From positions 672,001-736,000 of the forward strand of contig CAVZDU010000001.1 in the NCBI GenBank assembly GCA_963774265.1: a DNA stretch of 64,000 bases, written 5' to 3'. The notes under the pieces were generated by a model that saw only the letters and a list, made by a program, of their open reading frames with translations, did no database searches and had not been told where the DNA came from. The DNA comes from an uncultured Chloroflexia bacterium. Lineage in GTDB: Bacteria; Chloroflexota; Anaerolineae; CG2-30-64-16. The translations under genes and the position numbers were made by a program. Shown here piece by piece: positions 10,795-21,880 of this stretch (positions are counted from its first letter, which is position 1; each line of letters opens with the position of its first letter).

Positions 10795-12957
10795 ATGGAA
10801 CACGCATCGCTTTGTCCTCCCGACGTACCTTGCCACTTGAGCTGGTGGAACATCCCCGTTCCCCTCCGCATCGTCTTCTTCGTTATCATCGGTCTGACCC
10901 TGGCTTTGATGATCTGGGGCATCGGTCGTCGCATTCAGTTGTGGCGCCGCGGCCTGGCGGAGTTCGGCCTGGACCGCCCGCTCGAACGGCTGGGCCGGAC
11001 GATCAAGTACGGCATTGCGCAGACCAGGGTTTTGCGCCAACGCTATCCTGGCGTGTTCCACTTCGCCATATTCTGGGGCATGGTGCTGCTTTTCATTGGT
11101 ACGGTCTTGGGGGCAGCGGACACCGATATTTTTGAGCTGATCTTTAAGACAAAGCTCCTCTATGGCAACTTGTACTTTTTCTACAAGGTCGTGCTCGATC
11201 TGGCCGCGTTGGGGGTGCTGATCGGCCTCGGCATGGCCATGTGGCGGCGTTATGTCATCCGACCTGCACGGCTGAACATCGACTGGCGCTTCAACCTCAC
11301 CCTGCCGCTGCTCGGCTTCATCATCCTGACCGGCCTCTTCATCGGTGCACTCCGGCTGGCGGTGCAAAATCCTGCATGGGGCCAAGCGCAGGTGATCGCC
11401 TATCCGCTGAGTTTCCTGTTCCGCGGCGGTGACGAACAGGCGCTTCTGATCGCACATCGAGTGATATGGATCGTGCACTTCCTTGCGGTCGGGGCATTTT
11501 TCGTCACCCTGCCCTTCACCAACTTGTTCCACATCTTCAGCTCGCCGGCCAACATCTTTGTTGCGCCGTTCCGCAACAAGGGCGCGTTGTGGCCGATCAA
11601 GGACCTGGAGCAGGCGGAACGACTCGGCGCGGCCAAGTTGACGGATTTTCCGCAGCCTCGCCTGGTGAACTTCGACGCCTGCACGGAGTGCGGCCGCTGT
11701 CAGGATGTGTGCCCCGCGTACGCCGCAAAGCAACCATTGAACCCGAAGTACGTCATCCTGGACCTGCGCAACTACATGACCGAGGTCAGCCCGGAGCTGC
11801 GCGCGCTGCCGCCTGCCAAGCGGCTCGCGGCCAGTGGCGCTGGCGCCCAGGCCGCGCCGGCTGCCTCCTCGAACGGTGACGGCGCGGACCAGCGAAGCAG
11901 TCCGGCGGATAAGAGCAACGGTCGCAAGATGGTGGGCGACATCATCAAGCACGAGACGCTGTGGGCGTGCACGACCTGCTTCCATTGCGTGTACGAGTGT
12001 CCGGTCCTCATCGAGCACGTCGACGCGATCGTGGATATGCGCCGATACCTGGCCCTGATGGAGGGCGACATCCCATCCAGCCTCGCGACCACGCTGACCA
12101 ACATCGAGCGTGCGGGGAATCCGTGGAAACAGTCCAAACGCAAGCGCGCGGCCTGGACGCAGGCGTTGGACTTCGAGGTGCCCATCATGGCAAACGTCGG
12201 CGAGGTGGACGTTCTGTGGTGGGTGGGCTGCGCGGGGTCCTATGATCCGCGCAACCAGAAAGTCAGCCGGGCGATGGCGACGATCCTGCACGAGGCGGGC
12301 GTCAACTACGCCATCCTGGGCGAGGAAGAGACCTGCAACGGCGACCAGGCGCGGCGCGCGGGCAATGAGTACCTGTTCCAGCAGTTAGCCGGGCAGAACA
12401 TTGAGACGCTGAATCAGTACAAGTTCAAGACCATCGTCACGCAGTGCCCCCATTGCTACAACGTGCTGCTGAACGAGTACCCGCAGCTGGGCGGAAAATA
12501 CAACGTGGTGCACCACTCGCAGTTCATCCAGAAGCTGTTGGCTGACGGCGCCATCCGCGTGCGCCGGGAGGCCGGCAGCGGTGAATCCCTGACCTACCAC
12601 GATCCATGTTACCTGGGTCGCTACAACGACGTATACGACGCGGGGCGCGAAGTGGTGACCGCCGGTGGCAAGTCGCTGGTCGAGATGGCGCGCTCGCGCG
12701 ACATGGCGATGTGCTGCGGCGGAGGCGGGGCGCGGGTCTGGATGGAGGACGAGGGCAAAGTGCGCATCAACTACAACCGCATGGGCCAGATCCTCGAAAC
12801 CGGGCAGGCGGAGGTGGCGGTGGCTTGCCCATTCTGTATGATCATGCTCGAGGATGCGCGTGGCGCGATGGACGTGGAGCAGGTCCAGATCCGTGACATC
12901 GCGGAGATCGTCGCCGAGAATCTGATCATCCAACCACGCGAACAGATCAACGCTTGA
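10795..12957 (+). CDS. Membrane-bound Fe-S oxidoreductase (NarI-like TM domain + 2x[4Fe-4S] + two CCG domains; FadF/HdrD-like)
   Basis: About 6 TM helices, CTECGRCQDVCP, CTTCFHCVYECP, YHDPCYLGR, CCGGGG, ACPFC. Confidence 0.88.
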   Translation: MEHASLCPPDVPCHLSWWNIPVPLRIVFFVIIGLTLALMIWGIGRRIQLWRRGLAEFGLDRPLERLGRTIKYGIAQTRVLRQRYPGVFHFAIFWGMVLLFIGTVLGAADTDIFELIFKTKLLYGNLYFFYKVVLDLAALGVLIGLGMAMWRRYVIRPARLNIDWRFNLTLPLLGFIILTGLFIGALRLAVQNPAWGQAQVIAYPLSFLFRGGDEQALLIAHRVIWIVHFLAVGAFFVTLPFTNLFHIFSSPANIFVAPFRNKGALWPIKDLEQAERLGAAKLTDFPQPRLVNFDACTECGRCQDVCPAYAAKQPLNPKYVILDLRNYMTEVSPELRALPPAKRLAASGAGAQAAPAASSNGDGADQRSSPADKSNGRKMVGDIIKHETLWACTTCFHCVYECPVLIEHVDAIVDMRRYLALMEGDIPSSLATTLTNIERAGNPWKQSKRKRAAWTQALDFEVPIMANVGEVDVLWWVGCAGSYDPRNQKVSRAMATILHEAGVNYAILGEEETCNGDQARRAGNEYLFQQLAGQNIETLNQYKFKTIVTQCPHCYNVLLNEYPQLGGKYNVVHHSQFIQKLLADGAIRVRREAGSGESLTYHDPCYLGRYNDVYDAGREVVTAGGKSLVEMARSRDMAMCCGGGGARVWMEDEGKVRINYNRMGQILETGQAEVAVACPFCMIMLEDARGAMDVEQVQIRDIAEIVAENLIIQPREQINA

Positions 12958-13212
12958 GGACGCCGGTCGAAACCGGCGCCTGTTGGAGGATGAAGAACAT
13001 CTGACCACGCTCGCCACGCGCGGGTACGAACGGTGGGCAGCAAACTGGACGACACGTTGCTGCTCACGGCTGCCTGGTTTCATGACGGCCTCGGCTCGCG
13101 CTTTGCGGGACGCGGGCAAAAGAAAAAGTGTCGCCATTCTTCAACGCGCGCTGGGTGAACCCGGTCCGGGAAAATGAAGCTGTCTTGGCCAGTTCCAACT
13201 CCGAGGGACAGT

Positions 13213-15056
13213 TTAGAGTCGCAACCCAAACCCATATGGGTATAGCGGCGCCTCCGAATCGTAGGGTAAATCAGCTTTCTGGGCTCGCACGGCTGCCATC
13301 GACGCGGGCAGTTCGAAGGGGAGCTTGCCTTGCGGATATGCTCTCCCAAAGATCACATCCAGCACCGCAGCGTCGCTGGCGCCGTAGTCGGCGAGCAGAA
13401 CCTGGCTGGCCTCGCTGATTTCAGGGATGACCGCGGGGCGATCCAGGTAGATCACCACGATTGTCGGCGCCGTGCGCAGCAGGGCCAGGATCTCCCCCAA
13501 CTCCGTCCCCTTGAAGTCCAGGTCGCCGTGATGGAAACCCCGGGCAAACGGGTTCTTAGTCTCCACGGGATACCAGGGCGTCTGCAGACGCAGGACCGCG
13601 AAATCGGCCTCTCCTGGCGTGGCGACCACCTCGCCATAGCCTGCTGCGACGGACGCATCCAGGTTCTTGACGAACAGCTTCGGCCGGCCCCTCAGCGGGA
13701 GGGTCGGGCCGGCATTCTTCAGTAGCGTCATGGCCCGGCGCTGGCTGGCCGCGCCGGCCGCGTGGGAGGCCGCCGGGCCGAACGCCTCCGGCACGGCAAG
13801 GGGGTCCACAAAGGGGTCCTCGAACAGGCCCAGCTGGAACTTCTGGCGCAGCAGCCGCCGCACCGAGCGGTCGATGCGCGCCTCGGACACCAGGCCGCCT
13901 TCCACCAGTTCCACCACCAGCTCCGGCCGGCTCTCCCCGCCGAATTGATCGACCCCCGCTTCCAGCGCCTTGAGCACCCGTTCGGCCTCGCTGAGGTGTT
14001 CCACGCCCCACGCCCGCGCGGGCCAGATGGTTTCGGGGAGGTGGGCATCCGTGATCAGGCCCCAGTCCGTGCATACCACGCCGTCGTACCCGTATTTCTC
14101 GCGCAGCAGGCCCGTAATGATCGCCTTGTTGAAGGACATGGCGACGTTCTCGTCGGTCTGGTCCATCGGCACGCCGTAGTAGGGCATGATGGACGCAGTG
14201 CCTGCCGCGATTGCAGCCTCAAAAGGGATGAGGTGGTAGGCGAAGTTGTTGCCTGGGTAGATCTGGCCGCGATGGAACTCGAAGTGCGGATCCAGTCCCT
14301 CGTTCTGCGGGCCGCCGCCCGGGAAATGCTTGGTCATGCACGCGACGCTGTTAGGGCCGAGCCGAGTGCCCTGAAAGCCTTCGATGTAGGCTACGGCCAA
14401 GCGCGGCGGTGAGCTGGGCGTCCTCTCCGAAGGTGCCACTGATGCGCGCCCAGCGCGGCTCGGTCGCGAGGTCGATCTGGGGATGGAGCGCCACCCGAAT
14501 CCCCACCGCCAGGTATTCCTGCCGGACGATGTCGGCGAAGCTGCCGGACCAGATCGACGTCCCCGATCGCACCGAAGCCCAGCGTCTCGCACCACTGCGA
14601 GAAGTCGGTGGCGGCCATCGCGAAGATATTGTGGCTGAAGTGGTTGCGCGGATCGGAGGCGATCGTCACTGGGATGCCCAGCCGGGTGCTTTCGGCGAAC
14701 CGCTGGAGGTTGTTGTTCCAGGTTGCCACTGCCTGCGCGCTCGGAATCTCCCAGAGGTTGAAGTGGGTCATCTGCTGGTCGACCATCTGGGTCATGGCGC
14801 TTCGACCTGCAAGCCCCGGGGCGCCGGGCCGCTCCTCGATGGAGCCATCCTCGTTGACGATCGCGCCGTTGATGAAGAGGTGCCCCGCTTTCTCTGCGAG
14901 CGTCATCTGGCTCAGCAGATCCTCAACCCGGGCTGCGATGGGCTGGCGTGGGTCTTCGTAGACGTCCAGCCGGCCGTTCTTGTTGAGGTCACGAAAGGGG
15001 ATCCCGTCCTCTGACGACAACAAAGTGGATTGTTGGGCGTTGGTTCCTGCGGTCAT
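13213..15056 (-). CDS. Glycoside hydrolase family 3 (beta-glucosidase); indels near 14400 and 14545
   Basis: DLNKNGRLDVYED, RLGIP, TKHFPGGG, nucleophile CTDWG, PLYPYGFGL; GGAGG RBS. Confidence 0.88.
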
Positions 15057-15138
15057 CCTACCTCCGTGTTGGTCAGCTCATGATGAGCCATAGTGTAGCT
15101 GCCTGCAGCCCGTCCTGCAAGGCTGGCGGTCAAGCACG

Positions 15139-16953
15139 CTAGCGTAAGTTTTGTGCAATCAGAGCCGGAGTCATGGAAATCGGCTCGAAATGACAACTTT
15201 GGAAGAGCGGCAGGCTGAGCTGGACGACCCAGCTGCCGACCTGAATGATGCGACCGGCATGGAGACTATCATCCGAGAACCTTAACAAGCAACCGTTGGG
15301 TAGCCACTGGACACTGGCAGGCGTGTGAGCAGCAACCTGGACCAGCGTTTTGATGCTCGCTGTGACCGGTACGAGCCACTGGTTAGGCACTTGTCCGCAG
15401 TCATGGCACAACCAATGGGCGGCCCAGCGCAGGAAGTTGGCCGCAAAGGCGGCGAACTGTTCTTGCAGCCAGAGCGCCGGTAGGGAACGCACCTTGAGAT
15501 GGTGCATCTGGAACACGCCCTTACCTTCCTTGATGCCCGCCTCGACCGTCTGGCGACCATTGTAGAAGGCAAACCAGCCACCCAGATCTTTGGTGACAGC
15601 GTCCGACCCGAAGTGTAGGAGCGCGCCGTACCGCTCGGTCTTGCCTGTATAGAAGTGCTCAAGGGCAACATCGACCGGGTAGGGGTTGCCCTTGAAGAGC
15701 ACGCCAGACCAGGCGATCATCTCGGCATTGGCACCTACGCGCACCCAGGGCGTCGTATCCTCGATCCTATGCAGCAAACTGGCCTTGACCTTCTGACTGT
15801 AGGGTCGGGTGTAGACCTCGTAGCCCAGTTCGATCAAGCGGGCGACGTTTTCCCAGGTGCCGAACCCGGCATCCAATCGAAAGACGGCATGGATGGGGGC
15901 CGGATTGGCAGCATTCTCCCGGTTGAAGTCGTCAAGCCGCTGGCCTAAGGTCCGCTCCATAGCCCGCAAGGCCGCGAACCGCACCTGCTCACGCGCGACG
16001 CTACGCTGAGCCTGCAGAAAGCGCTGCTGCTGGCGCTGCAAGCGGCGTTCGCAGGCGGCGAGATGCGCCTGAGCCTGTGCCAGACGGCAATGCGGTCGCC
16101 CCTTGCGCTGCGCGGCCTGCTCGCTGGCGGCCATCAGGCCAGTCAAGGCGGCATTCGCCTGACCTACCTGCTCGCTGCGAGCCTGCATCAACGCCTGTGC
16201 TGCGCTGAACGCCTGGCAGCGTTGCTGAAGGCGCTGCTCAACCAGCGCCCGCTCTTGGCTCACGGCGTGCAGGCGCTGGCCCAGTAATTCGGTACGCCGT
16301 CGGGGACGCACCCCGGTCTGGCCTTCTGCAGCCAGCACCATCTCTTCGGCTACTTGACAGGAAAGCACGTTGCCCGGATGCGGCTTGACTGAGAGCCACA
16401 GTCGACCATAGGTCGGGCTCTTTAGGCTGACGACAGCCGCTTGGTAGCCGAGGCGTACCGCATCGTCCATGTGGCCAAAGGCAGCCCCGGGGTAGCTCGT
16501 GCTGGTATTGGAGACGGGTCGGCCGGTAAGATCGCCGTCGTAAATGAGCCGGCCCTCCTGGAGCAGCGCCTGCGCCACCTGATCGTCAATGAAGGGATGG
16601 CTGATTTGGCTTAAGGCAGCGGCGATCCGTTCCGCTTCCGGTTGAGTGAGCGCCTGTAAGGTCCGCCCAACGCCACTGTAGTCGGCCCAGCCGTCCTGCT
16701 GCCAGGCAGTCGCCACAACCAGGTCTTGGTCCAACGGCCGCGCATCGCGACTGATGTCCTCGAGATGCGGCAGGCCAGCCAGAATCGCCACCAGGAACTC
16801 GACCACCTTGGTTTGTGGCTGATGCGTGCGGGTCTTCTGATGCAGAGATGCCGCCATCAGGACCTGAATGAGCCCGAGATGCTGGGCGTACTGGCCCAGA
16901 AGTACCAAGAGCGCATGCTCCGTATGGCTCGGTTGAGTGGCGACTTCACGCAT
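15139..16953 (-). CDS. DDE transposase with coiled-coil insertion
   Basis: IYDGDLT, FRLDAGF, FYNGRQTVEAGIKEGK motifs; AAGGAGGA RBS before ATG 16953; stop TAG lies in the CTAG duplication. Confidence 0.85.
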   Translation of the reverse strand: MREVATQPSHTEHALLVLLGQYAQHLGLIQVLMAASLHQKTRTHQPQTKVVEFLVAILAGLPHLEDISRDARPLDQDLVVATAWQQDGWADYSGVGRTLQALTQPEAERIAAALSQISHPFIDDQVAQALLQEGRLIYDGDLTGRPVSNTSTSYPGAAFGHMDDAVRLGYQAAVVSLKSPTYGRLWLSVKPHPGNVLSCQVAEEMVLAAEGQTGVRPRRRTELLGQRLHAVSQERALVEQRLQQRCQAFSAAQALMQARSEQVGQANAALTGLMAASEQAAQRKGRPHCRLAQAQAHLAACERRLQRQQQRFLQAQRSVAREQVRFAALRAMERTLGQRLDDFNRENAANPAPIHAVFRLDAGFGTWENVARLIELGYEVYTRPYSQKVKASLLHRIEDTTPWVRVGANAEMIAWSGVLFKGNPYPVDVALEHFYTGKTERYGALLHFGSDAVTKDLGGWFAFYNGRQTVEAGIKEGKGVFQMHHLKVRSLPALWLQEQFAAFAANFLRWAAHWLCHDCGQVPNQWLVPVTASIKTLVQVAAHTPASVQWLPNGCLLRFSDDSLHAGRIIQVGSWVVQLSLPLFQSCHFEPISMTPALIAQNLR

Positions 16954-17074
16954 GGCGGATTCCTCCTTAACTGAGCGGAGATTCGCCCCGAGCATAACGG
17001 TTGCCTGTCGATTATAAAAGTTCGAATTTCGGGCCGTTTTCTATGATTCGACCGCTGATTGCACAAAACCTGCG
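15143..17074 (-). mobile_element. Insertion sequence, DDE type (IS1380/IS4-superfamily-like), 1932 bp
   Basis: TIRs CGTAAGTTTTGTGCAATCAG (15143-15162) and CTGATTGCACAAAACCTGCG (17055-17074), 18/20 identical; flanked by CTAG at 15139-15142 and 17075-17078. Confidence 0.9.
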
Positions 17075-17259
17075 CTAGCGTAGGTCGCAGCTGTAAGATT
17101 TCGCGTTTTTCGACTATGCCCACTGGTATGCTGGCGCTGATGAACAACGCGACTGAGGGCTTCTGGCGATTCGGACCGGGATTCTATGCTTGTCGTCCGC
17201 CTCAAGGGGTGCTAAAATCTCATTCAATGACTGAGCGGAGTGTTGATAGAGGTGAAGCC

Positions 17260-17572
17260 ATGACAAATACCTGGAAACAGGCTCAGGTTAACATCGGGCA
17301 ACTGATCGTGGCATCGCCTGAAATCCGGGGCAACCGGGCGCGTATTGCCGGCACGGGTGTCACGGTGCAACGCGTGGTCGGATGGTATAAGCTCGGCCTG
17401 ACGCCGGAAGAGATCAGCGATCGCGTCGGCCACCTGAACCTGGCGCAGGTGCATGCGGCGCTCGCCTACTATCATGCGAATCGCGAGCAGGTGGAGGCCC
17501 GAACTTGCGGCCGAGGAGGCCGAAGACGACCAGGCAGAGCAGGCCTTCCTCGCGCGCCGGCGGGCAGCCTGA
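17260..17572 (+). CDS. DUF433 family antitoxin; indel near 17500
   Basis: PEIRGNRARIAGTGVTV, LAQVHAALAYY; corrected frame ends at TGA overlapping the toxin ATG (TGATG). Confidence 0.8.
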
Positions 17573-17928
17573 TGTTTCAGCTCTACGTCGACGAAGACTC
17601 CGGGGATCGGAACCTGGTGCAGGCGCTCCGGGCGCGCGGGGTGGACGTGATCACGGCCCAGGAGGCCGGCATGATTGAGCGGACCGACGACGAGCATCTG
17701 CAGTTTGCCACGACCCGAGATCGTGTCCTCTACAGCTTCAACCGTGGCGACTTCCTGCGCCTTCACTCGCAGTACCTTGCAGAAGGCAAAGACCATGCGG
17801 GCATGCTGCTCGCGCGCCAGCAGCATTACTCGGTGGGTGAGCAGATGCGGAGGGTGCTCAAGGTCATGGCGCTCAAATCCGCGGCCGACATGCGCAACTG
17901 CGTCGAGTTCCTCAGCGCCTGGGGCTGA
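17572..17928 (+). CDS. PIN-domain toxin (DUF5615/VapC45-like)
   Basis: MFQLYVDED, DDEHLQFA, RVLYSFNRGDF, HAGMLL. Confidence 0.82.
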   Translation: MFQLYVDEDSGDRNLVQALRARGVDVITAQEAGMIERTDDEHLQFATTRDRVLYSFNRGDFLRLHSQYLAEGKDHAGMLLARQQHYSVGEQMRRVLKVMALKSAADMRNCVEFLSAWG

Positions 17929-18237
17929 TCCGCTCTGATACTTCCCTGAAGCGTGAGCTGGCCAACCGGTTTGTCGACCACATGTTGGACAGACTGATGA
18001 AGCGTGCTCTCGTAGAAGTTGAGCGTATTCTGAGCGTGCCGTCGGCCTCACGCTGCCGCAAGAGCATCTCTATCGTTTCAGTTATGGTTAGCATTTTGCG
18101 GTCCCTGCCATAAACTTAGCCATGAGATACCTCCTTCATACTAAGAACAGGCGGCATTCCAGTCCGTACGAAAACGGCAAAGCGAGTTACAGACGCTTTG
18201 CGCTCTTTGCTTTAAGCTCCTCAGTGGAGGACGCGCC

Positions 18238-19268
18238 ATGCCCGCACTGACTGCTCAGCAGTTCGTCACTCGTGACCACGCCGCATCCCTTACCGTCGAG
18301 CAGCTGCTCGACATGTACGAGGTGATGCTGCTCGCGCGCAAGCTCGACGAGCGTATGTGGGTGCTGCACCGCCAGGGGAAGGTCGCCTTTCACATCTCCG
18401 GCATGGGCCAGGAGGCCTGCCAGGTCGGCGCTGCGTTCGCGATGGAGCGCGGCAAGGACTGGCTGCACCCGTATTACCGGGATATGGCCTTTGTCCTGGC
18501 CCTCGGGATGACCGCCGCGCCACCTCATGCTGGCGCTGTTCGGCAAGGCTGAGGACCCCAGCTCCGGCGGCCGCCAGATGCCTTCGCACTTCGGCTACGC
18601 TCCCTCGCCGCATCGTCTCCGGTTCCAGCCCGGTGGCGACCCAGATGCCCCAGGCCGCGGGCATTGCCTTTGCAGCGAAGCTGCGCGGGCTGGATGAGGT
18701 GGTTGTCGTCACCCTGGGCGAGGGCAGCACCAGCCAGGGCGACTTTCACGAGGCGCTCAACTGGGCCGGCATCCACTGCCTGCCGCTCATCACCCTGGTG
18801 GAGAACAACCAGTACGCCATCTCCGTGCCCCTGGAGAAGCAGATGCCCGTACCGAACGTGGCCGACCGCGGCGATGCGTACGGGATGCCGGGCGTGATGT
18901 ACGACGGCAACGACATCTTCGAGAGCTACAACGTCACGCGCGAGGCGGTTCTGCGTGCCCGCCACGGCGAGGGTGCGACCTTGCTCGAGGCGAAGACCTA
19001 TCGCCCCACGCCTCATTCCTCCGATGATGATGACCGCTCTTATCGGAGCCGCGACGAGGTGGAAATGTGGAAGAAGCGAGACCCGATCCTCGGCATGGAG
19101 AAGGTCTTGCGCAGCCGAGGAATCCTGGACGACGCGGAGGCCCAGCGCATCCGTGATCGGGTGGGGGCCAAGGTGGACGATGCAACCGAATACGCCCAAC
19201 GCGCGCCCTATCCTCGCGCCGAAGACGCGCTGCACCCGGTGTTCGGAGCGCTGCTCCATGCCGATTAG
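18238..19268 (+). CDS. 2-oxoacid (branched-chain/pyruvate) dehydrogenase E1 alpha; frameshifted
   Basis: GQEACQVG, PYYRD, TPP motif GEGSTSQGDFHEALN...ENNQYAIS, HSSDDD. Confidence 0.9.
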
Positions 19269-20242
19269 GACCGACATCGAGGCGCTGCGCGAGACAATGG
19301 CCGCAGAGATGCGCCGGGATCCCGCGATCATCATCACCGGCGAGGACGTCGGCCAGCGCGGCGGCGTGTTCCGAGCCACTGAAGGGCTGTACGCCGAGTT
19401 TGGGCCCAGCCGGGTCATCGATAGCCCTCTTTCCGAGCTGTCCATCGTCGGCGTCGGCATCGGCATGGCGCTCAACGGCATCCGGCCTATCTGCGAGATC
19501 CAGTTCGCCGACTTCATCCATCCGGCCTTCAATCAGATCGTCAACGAAGCCGCGAAGATGCGCTATCGCTCCAACGCGACCTTCAGCGTGCCGATGGTCA
19601 TCCGCGCGCCCTATGGCGGCGGCGTCAGCGGCGCGCTTTATCATTCGCAATCGATCGAGGCGTTCTTCTGCCACGTGCCGGGCCTGTACGTCCTTGCGCC
19701 CAGCACGCCGTACGACACCGCCGGCCTCTTGCGCGCCGCACTGCGCAGCCCCGATCCGGTGCTCTTTCTGGAGCACAAGAAGCTGTACCGCTCGATCAAG
19801 GGTGAGGTGCCAGACGGTGAGTTCCTCGTGCCGATCGGCAAGGCCGATGTGAAGCGCGCGGGCGACGACCTGACGATCATCTGCTATGGCTTGATGCTGC
19901 ACGAATCGCTGAAGGCCGCGGAGACCCTGGCTCGTGAGGACATCTCGGTCGAGGTGATCGACCTGCGCACGCTCTCTCCGCTGGACAAGACCGCCATATT
20001 GACCTCGGTCAAGAAGACCGGCAAGGTCCTGATCGTCCATGAGGACAACCTGACCGGCGGCCTGGGTGGGGAGATCGCCGCGATCATCGCGGAGGAGGCC
20101 TTCGAGTATCTGGACGGGCCGATCACGCGTGCTCGCCGGGCCGGATGTTCCGGCCATGCCCTTCAGCCATCCGATGCAGGACTTCTTCATGCCCAACGCC
20201 GAGAAGATCGCCGCGGCCGCACGGTCGCTCGCGGCCTATTAG
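19258..20242 (+). CDS. 2-oxoacid dehydrogenase E1 beta; indel near 20135
   Basis: GEDVGQRGGVFRAT, EIQFADF, YHSQS, VIDLRTLSPLD. Confidence 0.9.
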
Positions 20243-20251
20243 GAGCCCATC

Positions 20252-21874
20252 ATGCCAACCCAGGTCGTTATGCCCAAGCTCGGTGAGTCGGTTGTCGAAG
20301 GCACCGTCGGTCGTTGGCTGATCCAGGAAGGGCCAGCCTGTCAAGGAGTACGAGCCCTTGCTCGCGGTGACGACGGACAAGGTCGACACCGAGATGCCCG
20401 CGCCTGCGACCGGCATCCTTCTGAAGATCTACGTGGCCGAAGGTCAGACCGTGGCCGCCGGCGCACTCCTGGCGGAGATCGGGGCGGACGGTGAACAGCC
20501 CGCAGGCGGTGTGGGGACCGCGGGTGACCATGGTGGCGGCGCCCCCGCATCCGCAGGGAAGGCGCAGCCAGTTGGCAGGGTCAGTGCCTCCCCCCTGGCG
20601 CAACGCCTGGCCGCGGAACACGGGATTGATCTGGCGGATGTGCCTGTTGTGGCCCCAGGCGGGAGAGTCACCAGGGAGGATGTGGAGGCCTTCCTCGCAG
20701 CGACCGGCTCGGCCGAGGAGGCCGATCTGAGGGCTTCCGGCCCGCGCAGCCTTGGCTTTATCTCGCCAGCCGTCGGGCGTCTGGCCGCCGAGCTCAGTGT
20801 GGACCTTGCCCAGGTGGTGGGCACGGGTGCCGGTGGGCGGATCACGAAGAAGGACGTCCTGGCTTACGTGGCGGCGCCTGCGCCGCGCGACGGAGAACCG
20901 TTGGGCCGCCCTTCGGCGGTCGAGGGCCTTCCTCCCTGGGAGCGCCCTGGCTCAGGAGATCTGTTCAAGCCTACCGAGGAGATAGGGGGTCGGGAGCCGT
21001 CTCCAGTGCTGCGCAGCGCACCGACCCCGGCGCTGGATTCTGAGCTGGTGCCCATGTCCGTGATCCGCCGCAGCATCGCGAAGCACATGGTGGTCAGCAA
21101 GCAGACCTCGCCGCACGTGACCACGGTCATGGAGGCCGATCTGACGCGCGTGGTGCAGGCGCGTGAGCGGCTCGCGGCGAATTCGAGCGCCAGGGTGTCC
21201 GCCTCACCTTCACGCCCTTCTTCGTCCAGGCGATCGTCGCCGGGCTGAAGGCCGTGCCTGAGGCAAACAGCACCTTCACGCGAGGACGCGCTGCTGGTTC
21301 ACCGGCGCATTCACCTCGGCATGGCGGTGGCGATCGCCGATGGGTCTGATCGTGCCGGTGATTCGCGACGCCGACGAGAAGAGTCTGCTGGGGCTGGCGC
21401 GGGCGGTCAACGATCTGGCGGAACGCGCACGGACGAAGCAGCTCGCGCCCGACGACGTGCAGGGCGGCACGTTCACGCTGACCAACCACGGCACGGCCGG
21501 CAGTCTGCTTCGCCACGCCGATCATCAACCAACCGCAGGCGGGCATCCTGGGCGTAGGCGCCATCCAGAAACGCGCGGTGGTGCTCACCAAGGGGCATCC
21601 GCTTCTGCCCGACGCCGAGGACGCCATCGCCATCCGGCCCATGGTCTATCTGAGCTTCACCTTCGATCATCGCGTGCTCGACGGCCGTAGCGCCGATGCG
21701 TTTCTGGCCGCAGTCGAGGCGTTTCTGGAGAACCTCCAGGGATCCGGGAGCGATGCTGGCGGCCCGCTCTATTCGAAACTCCGACCTACTGTTGTTTCGT
21801 TGCACAAAGCGGGCGGGCCTGCTACACTGCGATACCGTAATTGCGTTTACACATTCGCCGCAAAAGGAGCTTGA
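20252..21874 (+). CDS. Dihydrolipoamide acyltransferase E2; several indels, true end probably near 21740
   Basis: Lipoyl domain MPKLGESVVEG..TDKV, two E3-binding domains (GGRVTREDV, GGRITKKDV), catalytic FDHRVLDG. Confidence 0.85.
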
Positions 21875-21880
21875 TCGACT

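Noticed and set aside
12983-13177. Short ORF / HD-domain-like fragment (LLLTAAWFHD in an alternate frame)
   Set aside because: Too short, no clear start or RBS; cannot be supported
17059-17928. Apparent 289-aa antitoxin-toxin fusion ORF
   Set aside because: One extra base near 17500 joins the frames; the corrected DUF433 frame ends in the usual TGATG overlap with the PIN gene
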